From contig CAWHDT010000003.1 of the NCBI GenBank assembly GCA_963828195.1, forward strand, positions 128,001 to 192,000: DNA of 64,000 bases, in the 5' to 3' direction. Below, one piece after another: positions 10,121 to 19,669 of this stretch. Numbering within the stretch: position 1 is the first letter of the stretch; each line of letters begins with the position of its first letter. This stretch comes from Candidatus Bathyarchaeota archaeon (GTDB lineage: Archaea; Thermoproteota; Bathyarchaeia; Bathyarchaeales; Bathycorpusculaceae). Both the position numbers and the translations under genes were made by a program. The notes under the pieces are model-generated. The model did no database searches and was not told the origin of the DNA. It saw only the letters and a list, made by a program, of their open reading frames with translations.

Positions 10121-10354
10121 ATGCCTAAGGCCTTTGTATTGATAAATGTGGAATCGGGCTCGGAAGAAGATGTTCTTGACCAAATCAAAAAAATTGAAGG
10201 CGTGGACGAAGCATACTACTCTTACGGCGTGTACGACATAATTACTAAAGTAAAAGCGGAGTCGATGGAAAAACTTAGGGATACGGTAACGCGGAAAGTA
10301 AGAACCATAAGCAGAGTCAGGTCAACTTTAACGCTGATAATGATGGAAGAGTAA
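10121..10354 (+). CDS. Stand-alone Lrp/AsnC ligand-binding (RAM) domain protein 1
   Basis: MPKAFVLIN...YGVYDIITKV...VRSTLTLI; no HTH. Confidence 0.9.
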   Translation: MPKAFVLINVESGSEEDVLDQIKKIEGVDEAYYSYGVYDIITKVKAESMEKLRDTVTRKVRTISRVRSTLTLIMMEE

Positions 10355-10609
10355 CGCGGAAGAACCCGTTCTCTTATTTTTTATTGAATATTTTGTAACA
10401 ATTAATTTGATTATAACTAATTTTGAATCCCCTTCCGACAAGGATATTGGGTTTTTGCTTTTAGGTTGCTGTGAGAAATGCCGTGGACGGGCGTTAAATT
10501 AGGGGAAAAGTTGGTGTTTAGGCGGCAATCAAACGGTAACTTGATAGCTTTCTAGGAAACATTTTAATGCAGACTTAACTAATCAATTATTATAGGAATG
10601 GATGAAGAT

Positions 10610-10846
10610 ATGCCAACAGCCTTTGTTTTAATAAACACTGAGATAGGTTCCGAATCTGATGTGTTGAAAGAACTCAAAAAAGTCGAAGGTGTTGAAGAAG
10701 CCTCAGCCGTCTACGGAGTCTACGACATTGTGGCAAGAGTCAAAGCAGATACCATGGATAAATTAAAAGAAATAGTTACCTGGCGCATTCGACGGCTAGA
10801 CAAGGTGCGGTCAACGCTAACGATGATTGTTGTTGAAGAAAAATAA
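10610..10846 (+). CDS. Stand-alone Lrp/AsnC RAM domain protein 2
   Basis: MPTAFVLINTEIG...YGVYDIVARV...VRSTLTMIV. Confidence 0.92.
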   Translation: MPTAFVLINTEIGSESDVLKELKKVEGVEEASAVYGVYDIVARVKADTMDKLKEIVTWRIRRLDKVRSTLTMIVVEEK

Positions 10847-11021
10847 CCCTATTTAACTCCCTTTCTTTTACGTACCTCAAAAACTCGCGCCGTTCTCAGC
10901 ACAACCGAGCCATAATCTTAATCCGATGATTTAACGAGAAGAACGTAATCTCGGTGCATAACCGACTTCCAAAAGAAGAGTTTCTGTCCATAAAAGAATC
11001 CGTCCCATAAAAATGCTAACT

Positions 11022-11045
11022 TGTGACTGTATCAAGCTAGTCACA
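11022..11045. promoter_or_regulatory. Palindromic operator-like site TGTGACT-N10-AGTCACA just upstream of a TATA-like box
   Basis: Perfect 7-bp inverted repeat followed by CTTAAAT at 11050-11056. Confidence 0.45.
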
Positions 11046-11076
11046 TAATCTTAAATTTTCTACAACTTACCTAACT

Positions 11077-11195
11077 TTCAGTGCGTCTGGAGTAACGAAC
11101 GAATGAAAGTAAAGATGAAAATCCACGAAGATAAGACGGGGAGTAGCCACGTTACGGTGAGCATGCTCCTTGTGAACAGACGCACTGAACTTTTT
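11077..11195 (+). ncRNA. Candidate structured RNA or leader
   Basis: Perfect 13-bp terminal inverted repeat TTCAGTGCGTCTG (11077-11089) / CAGACGCACTGAA (11177-11189), internal hairpin, T-tract after it, TATA-like box upstream. Confidence 0.45.
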
Positions 11196-11327
11196 ATAGG
11201 TTGGACCAAGCGGTTTCGAAGCACAATGAGCCTTTTTATGTTCCCCTCGAACAAGAAAGATTCTTCGAACCTCTAAATCCAACCACCCATCCCCCCTCTC
11301 AAAAAATTGAAAGGAGATTGTTAAAGA

Positions 11328-11615
11328 ATGCCCACAGCATATATCCTTTTAAATACCGAAATAGGAGCCGAGAATCAAGTACTAAAAGCCTTGAAAAAAA
11401 TCGACGGAGTCGAAGAAGCACATCATCTTTGGGGTGTCTACGATATAATAGCGAACGTAAAAGCAGACAACCTGGAGAAACTCAAATATATTGTAACGAG
11501 GAAAATCGAGAAAATCGGCAAAATAAACTCAAAACTAACCATGATAATAAGTGAACCCCAAAAACCAATTCTGCATGAACAAGTAATCTTTGAACCAACC
11601 CCAGTTCTTCAGTAA
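11328..11615 (+). CDS. Stand-alone Lrp/AsnC RAM domain protein 3 with C-terminal extension
   Basis: MPTAYILLNTEIG...LWGVYDIIANV; AGGAG upstream. Confidence 0.9.
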   Translation: MPTAYILLNTEIGAENQVLKALKKIDGVEEAHHLWGVYDIIANVKADNLEKLKYIVTRKIEKIGKINSKLTMIISEPQKPILHEQVIFEPTPVLQ

Positions 11616-11696
11616 ACATAGGCTATATTCTTTTTCGGCTAACAATATTTTTTACCTTCGCAGTTTCTTTCCTACTTAACTTGGAGAGCAGCTGCT

Positions 11697-13046
11697 TTGA
11701 CTACACCACAGGTAATGCACATTGGGCTAGATGATACTGACTCAACAAAAGGCGGCTGCACAACTTATCTTGCTGCTTTGCTTATTGAAGCGCTCGAAAA
11801 GTTTCAGGTTGAATTTACTGATTATCCAAACTTAATTAGGCTTAACCCAAACGTGCCTTGGAAAACAAGAGGCAACGGCGCCCTATGCCTAAGATTCAAG
11901 TATGGTGCCGCATTTGAAGAGCAAATAAAAGATATGGCTTTAACTTTATGGGAAGAAAACTCCGCTATTAACGAGAGAGGCACCGATCCTGGAATAGTTT
12001 TTTTCAAGGGACATGAGGTTCCCGAGGAACTTGAGATTTTTGCGAAAAAAACGGAGACCCGTATTGTAACACTCAAGGAAGCCATGGCGCTTATCAAGAA
12101 GTTTGGGGCTGAAGCATGCGGCTTTAACTCTTGCAGAGGCATCATCGGCGCGTTGGCAGCCATCGGGGAAACACTCAACTGTGACCACACCTACGAGCTC
12201 ATTGCTTATAGGGCACCACAGAATTGGGGTTCAAAGAGAAAAGTTGATGAAGCATCCATTTTTGAAATGGATAAGTTAACTGAGCCTTACACCTTCAATA
12301 ATGTGGATTGTGAAAAGCGCAGAGTAATCATTACGCCGCGGGGACCAGACCCAATTCTCTTCGGAGTAAGAGGAGAATCGCCAGAATTACTGAAAAAAGC
12401 TTTCAGCATAATTAAGCCGCTTGAAAATGTTGAGCGCTGGGTTATTTTCCGTTCAAACCAAGGAACCGATGCCCACCTAAAGACTGTGGAAGCGTTAAGC
12501 AAGATTAAGCCTTACAGTTCAGTAATTGCGAAAGGTGTTGTGTCGCAGAACCCACGGATAATTCCTCTTCGGCACGTGATATTTTCAATTAAAGATGAGT
12601 CGGCAGAAGTGGATTGCGCCGCTTACGAACCAACGGGCAACCTGCGCAAAATCGCAAGGGAACTTGTCGTCGGCGACATTGTTGAGGTCTATGGAGCCGT
12701 GCACAAGTCAACAGGGGGCAAGTTACCAACAATTAATCTTGAAAAAATCAATATTTTGAATCTTGAACCAAAAACAGTGTTGGAGAACCCGTTCTGCCCC
12801 AAATGTGGAAGACGGTTGAAGTCAATGGGCAAAAACCAAGGGTTTCACTGTGAAAAATGTGGCGTGAAATGTGCCGACTTAACAAAAATAAAGACAATTA
12901 TCCCCAGAACACTTACTGCGGGTTTATATTTGACATCTACAAGGTCGCAACGTCATCTTACTAAACCTTTAAGGCGCTACGGCTTGGAAAAAGCTCGTTA
13001 TGAAAAAATACCGCTGATTAAGGTTTGGCACTCGTCAATCGCTTGA
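11697..13046 (+). CDS. tiaS: tRNA(Ile2) 2-agmatinylcytidine synthetase
   Basis: HIGLDDTDS, GGCTTY, RLNPNVPWKTRGNGA, OB domain AAYEPT, Zn ribbon CPKC...CEKC. Confidence 0.96.
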   Translation: MTTPQVMHIGLDDTDSTKGGCTTYLAALLIEALEKFQVEFTDYPNLIRLNPNVPWKTRGNGALCLRFKYGAAFEEQIKDMALTLWEENSAINERGTDPGIVFFKGHEVPEELEIFAKKTETRIVTLKEAMALIKKFGAEACGFNSCRGIIGALAAIGETLNCDHTYELIAYRAPQNWGSKRKVDEASIFEMDKLTEPYTFNNVDCEKRRVIITPRGPDPILFGVRGESPELLKKAFSIIKPLENVERWVIFRSNQGTDAHLKTVEALSKIKPYSSVIAKGVVSQNPRIIPLRHVIFSIKDESAEVDCAAYEPTGNLRKIARELVVGDIVEVYGAVHKSTGGKLPTINLEKINILNLEPKTVLENPFCPKCGRRLKSMGKNQGFHCEKCGVKCADLTKIKTIIPRTLTAGLYLTSTRSQRHLTKPLRRYGLEKARYEKIPLIKVWHSSIA

Positions 13047-13195
13047 ATGCTACCTCATACTTGACTTCGCAAATCTTGTCAAGTCGGCTTCGTAAGCTTG
13101 CGCCAAAGTTGACAACACACGTTAATTGATTTTTCAAAAACCTATAAAACTGGTTCAAACGCTAACAAGCTTCAGAAACTAAGGAAGAGAGAGAA

Positions 13196-15370
13196 ATGAA
13201 AACAAACAATAAAGAGAAAACACGCCATTCAATGAATCTTCGCAAGTTCGCAAAACCAGCGGCCCTCTGCATCATTGCAATCTTTGCAATAAGCATCTTT
13301 TCAGCTTTCGCATTTAACGGAGTTCACGCTGCATCGGCAACGCTGGCGCTGCATACTTCTGGAACCCAGATACTTGACTCAAATAACAACCCAGTCTATC
13401 TTCGAGGCATGGGGGTAGCTGGGATGACTCCAGACCTCATTTTGTGGGGAACAGGCTCCAGCGACAGTTGGGGCGACCAGTGGGGGTCAGCCTCGTCAAC
13501 AGCAGTAACCCAAACGTTTACGGAGTTGTCAACAGTCTGGGACGTTAACATGATACGCGTCTTCATCTATCCGGAGTGGTGGATGCTAAATGGAGCTGAC
13601 GGCACTGCAAACGGCGAAAACGTACAGAGCTACGTTGAAACCTTAGCTAGTGAAGCAGAAGCAGCCGGCATCTACATCGACATCGTACCCTACCAACTCA
13701 CAGCCTGCTCAGGCTCATTCAGCTCAGACCCATATCTAACACCTAACCAGGCAGGATCCCAAGGACTACCGATGTGCGGCAACTGGGACAGCGCAGCCTC
13801 AGCGTTTCTGAGCTATGAGGAGAGCCAAAACGGCTATGCTAATGAGCAGGCTTTCTGGACCGCGTACTGGACGTCTATGGCTAACGCGCTCAAAGCTTAC
13901 CCAAACGTGATCTTTGAGGCTTGGAATGAGCCTATGGGTTCATCTACCAACACGGTGACTTCCGGGTACATGACTTACCTAACCACGATGTACAATGCGA
14001 TTCGCAGCACTGGCTCAACGAATTTGATTTTTATGCAGTGGAACTGCGGATGGGAACCAAACGTTGGCCAGACACTGGGCTGGGCATCAGCAATGACTTC
14101 AGCGATCGGAAGCCCAACGAATTTGGCTTTTACAACGCACCTCTACTACTACGCTCCCTCTGATCTTACTCAGTTTTGGGATTCAAGCGGAAGCGACTCT
14201 TCAGGCGTTCCTATGACTACGTCCCAGCTTGAAACGCAGCTGCAGGGCTTACAAAGCGGCATGGATGTCAGTGCGCCTTTGGTTATCAACGAGGAGGGCT
14301 CTTGTCTTTCTTCGTCCAGCAACACTGCAAATGACGCGACTTGGTGGAGTAATTTACTCGCAGCTCAATATGCCTGTGGAATCGGCGACGGGGCTTATTA
14401 TTGGCTTAGCAGCAGCGGTCTTGGCGGTACTTATGATGGTGAGGAGCTGTTGTCAAGCGGTTATACGGCGAACACTATGGGACAAGACTACATCAACGCG
14501 TACGTAGCGCCAACACCGACGCCTACGCCAACCGCTACTCCAACACCTACAACAACTCCAACTCCCACTCCAACACCAACCCCAGTACCCACAGCAACGC
14601 CAACTTCAACGCCAGCCCCAACGGCAACCCCAACGCCAACACCAGTTCCAACACCGACACCAACTGCAACGCCCACGCCTACTCCAATTCCTACTCCTGT
14701 ACCAACGCCAGTGCCGACCGCAACACCAACTCCAGTCCCAACACCCGCCACAACTTCAACACCGACAACAACGGCAGTGCCAACAGCAGTACCTACTACT
14801 CAATCTTCACCTTCATCAACCATGATCCCGTCTGCGTCACCAACCCCTACTACAACACCTACAGCCACGCCTACACCAACAACTACTCCAAGTCCAACTG
14901 TTGTGCCAGCGGAAACAGGCAACGATTCATCAATAGATCTTGCAATCACCGGAAACGTAACCAGCAGCCAGATGTCTGACGTCACAATTTCAACAAACCA
15001 GTCTGCAACAACAACATCAGTCTCTTTCACCGTGACAGGGGAAAACGGCAACATTGGCTTTAGCAACGTCACCATCCCAAAGAGCGCAGTGCCATTCGGA
15101 ACAACACCTGCAATCTACATCGACAGCCAACCAGCCCAAAACCAAGGCTACACACAAGACAGCAGCAACTACTACGTATGGTACACAACTCACTTCAGCA
15201 CACACCAAATAACAATAACGTTCGCTGCAGCATCGGCGCATGGCTCCACGACGCATTCAAGTTTGCTTCTATATCTAATCGGTGGAGTAGCAGCTACAGT
15301 AGCAGTAATGGCAATCTCCGCAGTAGCGTTCGTAGCAAGAAAAACCATAATAAAACCAAAGCTGAAATAA
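13196..15370 (+). CDS. Secreted, membrane-anchored GH5-family glycoside hydrolase (cellulase-like) with Pro/Thr linker
   Basis: Signal peptide; LHTSGTQILD..VYLRG, NMIRV, WNEP (acid/base), THLYY, INEEG (nucleophile); PT linker; C-terminal beta domain plus TM. Confidence 0.85.
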   Translation: MKTNNKEKTRHSMNLRKFAKPAALCIIAIFAISIFSAFAFNGVHAASATLALHTSGTQILDSNNNPVYLRGMGVAGMTPDLILWGTGSSDSWGDQWGSASSTAVTQTFTELSTVWDVNMIRVFIYPEWWMLNGADGTANGENVQSYVETLASEAEAAGIYIDIVPYQLTACSGSFSSDPYLTPNQAGSQGLPMCGNWDSAASAFLSYEESQNGYANEQAFWTAYWTSMANALKAYPNVIFEAWNEPMGSSTNTVTSGYMTYLTTMYNAIRSTGSTNLIFMQWNCGWEPNVGQTLGWASAMTSAIGSPTNLAFTTHLYYYAPSDLTQFWDSSGSDSSGVPMTTSQLETQLQGLQSGMDVSAPLVINEEGSCLSSSSNTANDATWWSNLLAAQYACGIGDGAYYWLSSSGLGGTYDGEELLSSGYTANTMGQDYINAYVAPTPTPTPTATPTPTTTPTPTPTPTPVPTATPTSTPAPTATPTPTPVPTPTPTATPTPTPIPTPVPTPVPTATPTPVPTPATTSTPTTTAVPTAVPTTQSSPSSTMIPSASPTPTTTPTATPTPTTTPSPTVVPAETGNDSSIDLAITGNVTSSQMSDVTISTNQSATTTSVSFTVTGENGNIGFSNVTIPKSAVPFGTTPAIYIDSQPAQNQGYTQDSSNYYVWYTTHFSTHQITITFAAASAHGSTTHSSLLLYLIGGVAATVAVMAISAVAFVARKTIIKPKLK
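14505..14905 (+). repeat. Low-complexity coding Pro/Thr repeat linker
   Basis: (PT)n codon repeats. Confidence 0.9.
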
Positions 15371-15502
15371 GTTCCTTCTTTTTATTTTTTTAGTCAAATA
15401 GGCATATGTCAGCGTTGATTTTTAGCTAACGATTTAAATGCAAGATTCTCGTAACCCATTAAAAGCTAATAAAAATATTAAAACACATGGAGCGTCAAAA
15501 GT

Positions 15503-18304
15503 TTGAAGCAGTTCACGGCAAAAGATTATGATCTTCCATTCTTTAAACAGGAAGGCTTCGTTAGAAAGCATTGCCCGAAATGCGGCGAATACTTTTGGAC
15601 CCAGAACGCCGAGCAGGAAACCTGCGGCGAATCCAGCTCTGACGAATGTGGATACTACACTTTCATTAATAATCCAGCCGCAAAGAGAAATTTCAGCCTT
15701 GCCGAGATGAGAGAAGCTTTTCTTTCCTTCTTCGAGAAAAATGGGCACACCCGCATTAAACCTTATCCGGTTGTTGCGAGGTGGCGCAAAGACATTTACC
15801 TAACTCATGCAAGCATAATTGACTTCCAACCCTACGTCACCGAGGGAATTTCACCCCCGCCTGCAAACCCACTAGTGATTTCCCAGCCATCCATCAGGCT
15901 GACAGATATTTCTAACACCGGACCCACCTTTGGGAGGCACTTAACCATTTTTGAGATGGGAGGAGCCCACGCCTTCAATTACCCCGACAAAGAAGTTTAT
16001 TGGAAAGACGAAACCGTGCGTTTCCACCAGAGATTCGCCACTGAAGCACTGGGCATAAAATCTGACGAGATAATTTACAAAGAGGGCGTGTGGGTTGGCG
16101 GCGGCAACGCTGGTCCCGATGTCGAATGCATCTGCCGCGGCTTGGAAGTTGGCACTTTGGTTTTCATGCAGTACAAGGTAGTCGGCGAAGACTTCGTCGA
16201 ATTGCCAATCCGCACTGTAGATACCGGTTACGGAATTGACAGGTTTGCCTGGATCAGCCAAGGCGTACCGAGCGCGTTCCAAGCAATTTACGGCAAAATG
16301 CTTGACAAAATCTACGCTATGGCAGGGATAACCGATGTTGACAACGAATTTTTGTCAGCTGTGGCGAAGTATTCTGGTTTGGTAAGCGTTGACAAAACCG
16401 CCAATAGGATGGTGACTCGGAGACGCGTAGCAGAGCTTTCAGGCATCGATATAAAAACACTCGAAAAAGTTTTGGTCCCCATTGAGAACGCTTGGGCAGT
16501 AACTGACCATACTAAAACTTTGAGTTTCATGCTCTCAGAAGGCGTTGTCCCCTCAAACATCCAAGAAGGCTACTTGGCGCGGCTGCTGTTCCGCCGAGTT
16601 TACCGTTTAATGCGAACCCTAAACATGGAACCGGCAAAACTCTACGACATCATAGACATGCAAGTGGATTACTGGTCTAAAGATTTCCCCCGCCTAAAAG
16701 AAATGCAAAACGAAATCATAGAAATGCTCAAAGTAGAAGAAGAAAAGTTCGAAGACACCCTCAAACGGGGCGAAGGCATGGTTAAACGAATAGCCACCGA
16801 GCTAAAGGCAAAGGGCACGGGCAAGCTGCCGATGGATACACTCACTGAACTATACGATTCACATGGACTCCCCCCAGAAATCGTTAAGCAAGCCGCCGAA
16901 AAAGAAGGCGTGCAAGTGGAGCTTCCTGAGAACTTCTACACCTTAATCGCTAACCGGCACATGCAGGCATCCAAGCCCGCGGAAGAGGAAGAGAGCCAAG
17001 CAGAGAAAACTCTCGAGAAAGCGGCTGAGCAACTGCCAGCAACAGAGCAACTGTATTATTCTGACACTTACATGCGCGAGTTCGACGCAAAAGTCCTCAA
17101 AATAATCAGCGACAAGTACGTTGTGCTAGACGGAACATGTTTTTATCCTGAAGGCGGCGGTCAACCCGCAGACCATGGATGGCTAATTGTGGGTGCCTCA
17201 AAATTCGACGTGGTTGATACTCAGAAAATCGGGAAAATCATCGTGCATAAACTCGGCACTTCGACGACATTCAGAGAAGGCAGCATAGTTCACGCCGTTC
17301 TTGACTGGGACAGACGGTACTCGTTGATGAAGGCGCATACAGTTACGCACCTGATCAATGGCGCTGCAAGACGTGTTTTGGGCGAGCATGTTTGGCAATC
17401 AGGCACGCAGAAAGGCTTGGAAACTTCACGGCTGGACATTACGCATTATCGAAGGCTGAGCCCCGAAGAAGTCCACAAGATTGAGATGCTGGCGAATGGG
17501 GCAATTGCAGCAGACATGAAGATTGATGTGACTTGGTATCCGCGGAACGAGGCGGAAGCACGCTACGGCTTCAGGCTCTACCAAGGCGGTGCAGTTCCAG
17601 GCAAAGACATCCGCGTTGTAAAAACTGGCGATTGGGATGTGGAAGCATGCGCTGGAACCCATCTGCGAAGCACCTTGGAAGTTGGGTTCGTAAAAATCGT
17701 CTATACCGAGCGCGTGCAAGATGGCGTTGAACGTTTAGGCTATGCGGTCGGGTTGGAAGCGTTAAAAGCGGTGCAGAATCAGGAAAGCTTGCTATGGAAA
17801 GTTTCGGAAGTTCTAATGGCACCTATTGACAAGATGGATAAAACTGCTGAGAAAATCGTGAAAGAACTCAAAGACGCCCAGATTGAGAAGCGCAGGCTAA
17901 TCAAAGAATTGGCTGAGAAAGAAAGCGCAGTTGGGCAAACGCAAGCATGTGAAGCAACGGTTGAAGCCAGCGGTGTCGCCATTGTGAAGCGGGACTTCGG
18001 AGAAGTAATTGACGTTAACCGCATGATTCAGACTGCTACAGAAATGATAAAACGCAACGAAGCAACTGTGACGCTGTTTTATGGTTCTGACGGAAAAACC
18101 TGCAGACTCATGGTTATGGCTGGAGAAATCGCAGTGCAAAAAGGCGTAAACGCAGGTAACATAGTGAAAGAGGTTGCGCCGATTTTCGGCGGCGGAGGCG
18201 GCGGCAGACCAAATTTTGCACAGGGGGGCGGAACACAACCTGACAAACTACCCGAAGCTGTAAAAGCGGCTGAAGGGGCAGTTAAAAATCAGTTGAAACA
18301 CTAG
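15503..18304 (+). CDS. alaS: Alanyl-tRNA synthetase (archaeal type)
   Basis: N-terminal CPKC, YPVVARWR, VDTGYG, editing HTVTH..C, C-terminal GGGGGRPNFAQGGG. Confidence 0.98.
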   Translation: MKQFTAKDYDLPFFKQEGFVRKHCPKCGEYFWTQNAEQETCGESSSDECGYYTFINNPAAKRNFSLAEMREAFLSFFEKNGHTRIKPYPVVARWRKDIYLTHASIIDFQPYVTEGISPPPANPLVISQPSIRLTDISNTGPTFGRHLTIFEMGGAHAFNYPDKEVYWKDETVRFHQRFATEALGIKSDEIIYKEGVWVGGGNAGPDVECICRGLEVGTLVFMQYKVVGEDFVELPIRTVDTGYGIDRFAWISQGVPSAFQAIYGKMLDKIYAMAGITDVDNEFLSAVAKYSGLVSVDKTANRMVTRRRVAELSGIDIKTLEKVLVPIENAWAVTDHTKTLSFMLSEGVVPSNIQEGYLARLLFRRVYRLMRTLNMEPAKLYDIIDMQVDYWSKDFPRLKEMQNEIIEMLKVEEEKFEDTLKRGEGMVKRIATELKAKGTGKLPMDTLTELYDSHGLPPEIVKQAAEKEGVQVELPENFYTLIANRHMQASKPAEEEESQAEKTLEKAAEQLPATEQLYYSDTYMREFDAKVLKIISDKYVVLDGTCFYPEGGGQPADHGWLIVGASKFDVVDTQKIGKIIVHKLGTSTTFREGSIVHAVLDWDRRYSLMKAHTVTHLINGAARRVLGEHVWQSGTQKGLETSRLDITHYRRLSPEEVHKIEMLANGAIAADMKIDVTWYPRNEAEARYGFRLYQGGAVPGKDIRVVKTGDWDVEACAGTHLRSTLEVGFVKIVYTERVQDGVERLGYAVGLEALKAVQNQESLLWKVSEVLMAPIDKMDKTAEKIVKELKDAQIEKRRLIKELAEKESAVGQTQACEATVEASGVAIVKRDFGEVIDVNRMIQTATEMIKRNEATVTLFYGSDGKTCRLMVMAGEIAVQKGVNAGNIVKEVAPIFGGGGGGRPNFAQGGGTQPDKLPEAVKAAEGAVKNQLKH

Positions 18305-18406
18305 TTGCTCGTTATTTTGCAACTAACCGCCGCGTGTTACTTAGCTAGATGATGGATAATTTAATTATTAGAATGCGCATTTCTGGAGCAGCGGATAGGT
18401 GAATGT

Positions 18407-19060
18407 TTGATAGCTAATGCTTATCTGAAAAAGATTTTCAGTTTGGCGTTGACTTTCAATTCTCTTCTCAGCATTTTTTCGGTGTTAGGCGTTTTGATGG
18501 GGTTTTATTCAGCAAGGTATCATTGGAAACCTTATCCGCCGTATCTTATTGATGGCTCCATCTTTTGGTTCGCGGTTTTAGCTGCAATGTTCAACATCTA
18601 TCTGGTCATAAGGATTGGCAGGGTGAAAACAGGGCGGTTGTGGTTTCACCATTATGTTTGGGGATTTGCCCTGTTTGTTTTAGCGTGTGCTTTGCTTCTG
18701 TTGTTTGGTTCCACTTCTTTTTTTAGCATATTTGTTGGGAACGGGTATAGTTTTGCGGTTTATGCTGGACGTTTCTTTGTTTTGGGCGGTTTAACTTTGT
18801 TCATCGACGATTTTGCTGATGTTTCAAAGAGATTAACGTTTTTTCTGAGGCTGGCTCGGTCGAAGATTTATAGAGTTCGAGGAGCGATTCGCGTTGTTCA
18901 GGGTATTTTAGGCTTTATGTCCTTCTACATTTTCCTATGCGTTATCTTCTCAACTTCATTGCTGCAGGGAAGTAACTGGGTGGGTAATTTGGTTTTAGCT
19001 GGAACTTTGTTGGTGACGAGTCTCACTTCTCTGGCAAGTGCATATATGAAAATATGGTAG
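18407..19060 (+). CDS. Hypothetical polytopic membrane protein
   Basis: About 6 hydrophobic segments; WFHHYVWG and IDD motifs. Confidence 0.7.
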   Translation: MIANAYLKKIFSLALTFNSLLSIFSVLGVLMGFYSARYHWKPYPPYLIDGSIFWFAVLAAMFNIYLVIRIGRVKTGRLWFHHYVWGFALFVLACALLLLFGSTSFFSIFVGNGYSFAVYAGRFFVLGGLTLFIDDFADVSKRLTFFLRLARSKIYRVRGAIRVVQGILGFMSFYIFLCVIFSTSLLQGSNWVGNLVLAGTLLVTSLTSLASAYMKIW

Positions 19061-19232
19061 CCTTCACTAAATTATGTTCGGAGCTTTTTAAAAGCTGCAG
19101 CGCCGCTTTTGACTATAAACTGTTTTTAGTTTTTGTTAAAGCAATTATTGGTTAATTCCTCGGGAGAAAATATATAAGCAACTATGTGCATTGCTGCATT
19201 AGGTGAAATGGTGCAGAAGCACTTAAGCACTG

Positions 19233-19643
19233 ATGATGTATATGCGTAGAAGTTTAACGGTAACCCCTGAAAACGACAAAAAGATTCTACTTACAAAAGG
19301 GCGGTTCCTAACTGGAGACGCCCCCTTCGACATCGACTATACAACACTTGTAAACATATTCATTGAACTAGGCCACAAACTGATGACTTCAGCATGGAAC
19401 GACAGCGCAAACCCCAACGTTGTCATAGACAAAAATGAGATTATAGAATCCTTCAAAAAACACTTCTTCAACGCCGAACTTAAAGAAGAAGCAGTCGGAG
19501 ACATGGTAGCCGAAATCATATTTAGAAAACTCGTCGAACAATCCAATGAAGCATGCGACCAAACTGGAAAAAGTCCAACGCCTGAGTTGCCTGCTGAACA
19601 GCCAAGTCAAAAGGACACAAAAAAGGAAAAATACATCGCATAG
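19233..19643 (+). CDS. Hypothetical protein at head of grpE-dnaK operon (possible regulator)
   Basis: ORF 26 bp upstream of grpE; N-terminal strand-helix pattern RRSLTVTPENDKKI. Confidence 0.6.
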   Translation: MMYMRRSLTVTPENDKKILLTKGRFLTGDAPFDIDYTTLVNIFIELGHKLMTSAWNDSANPNVVIDKNEIIESFKKHFFNAELKEEAVGDMVAEIIFRKLVEQSNEACDQTGKSPTPELPAEQPSQKDTKKEKYIA

Positions 19644-19669
19644 AGTTAAACAATGAGGAAGACGCCAAA

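Noticed and set aside
10920-10970. Possible C/D-box sRNA (GATGA...CCGA) with small hairpin
   Set aside because: Boxes are degenerate with no clear C'/D' pair
14488-14751. Gly/Val-rich antisense ORFs (also 4232-4471, 30120-30341, 47131-47457, 63314-63958, 63378-63842)
   Set aside because: Reverse-strand shadows of Pro/Thr linker codons in real genes
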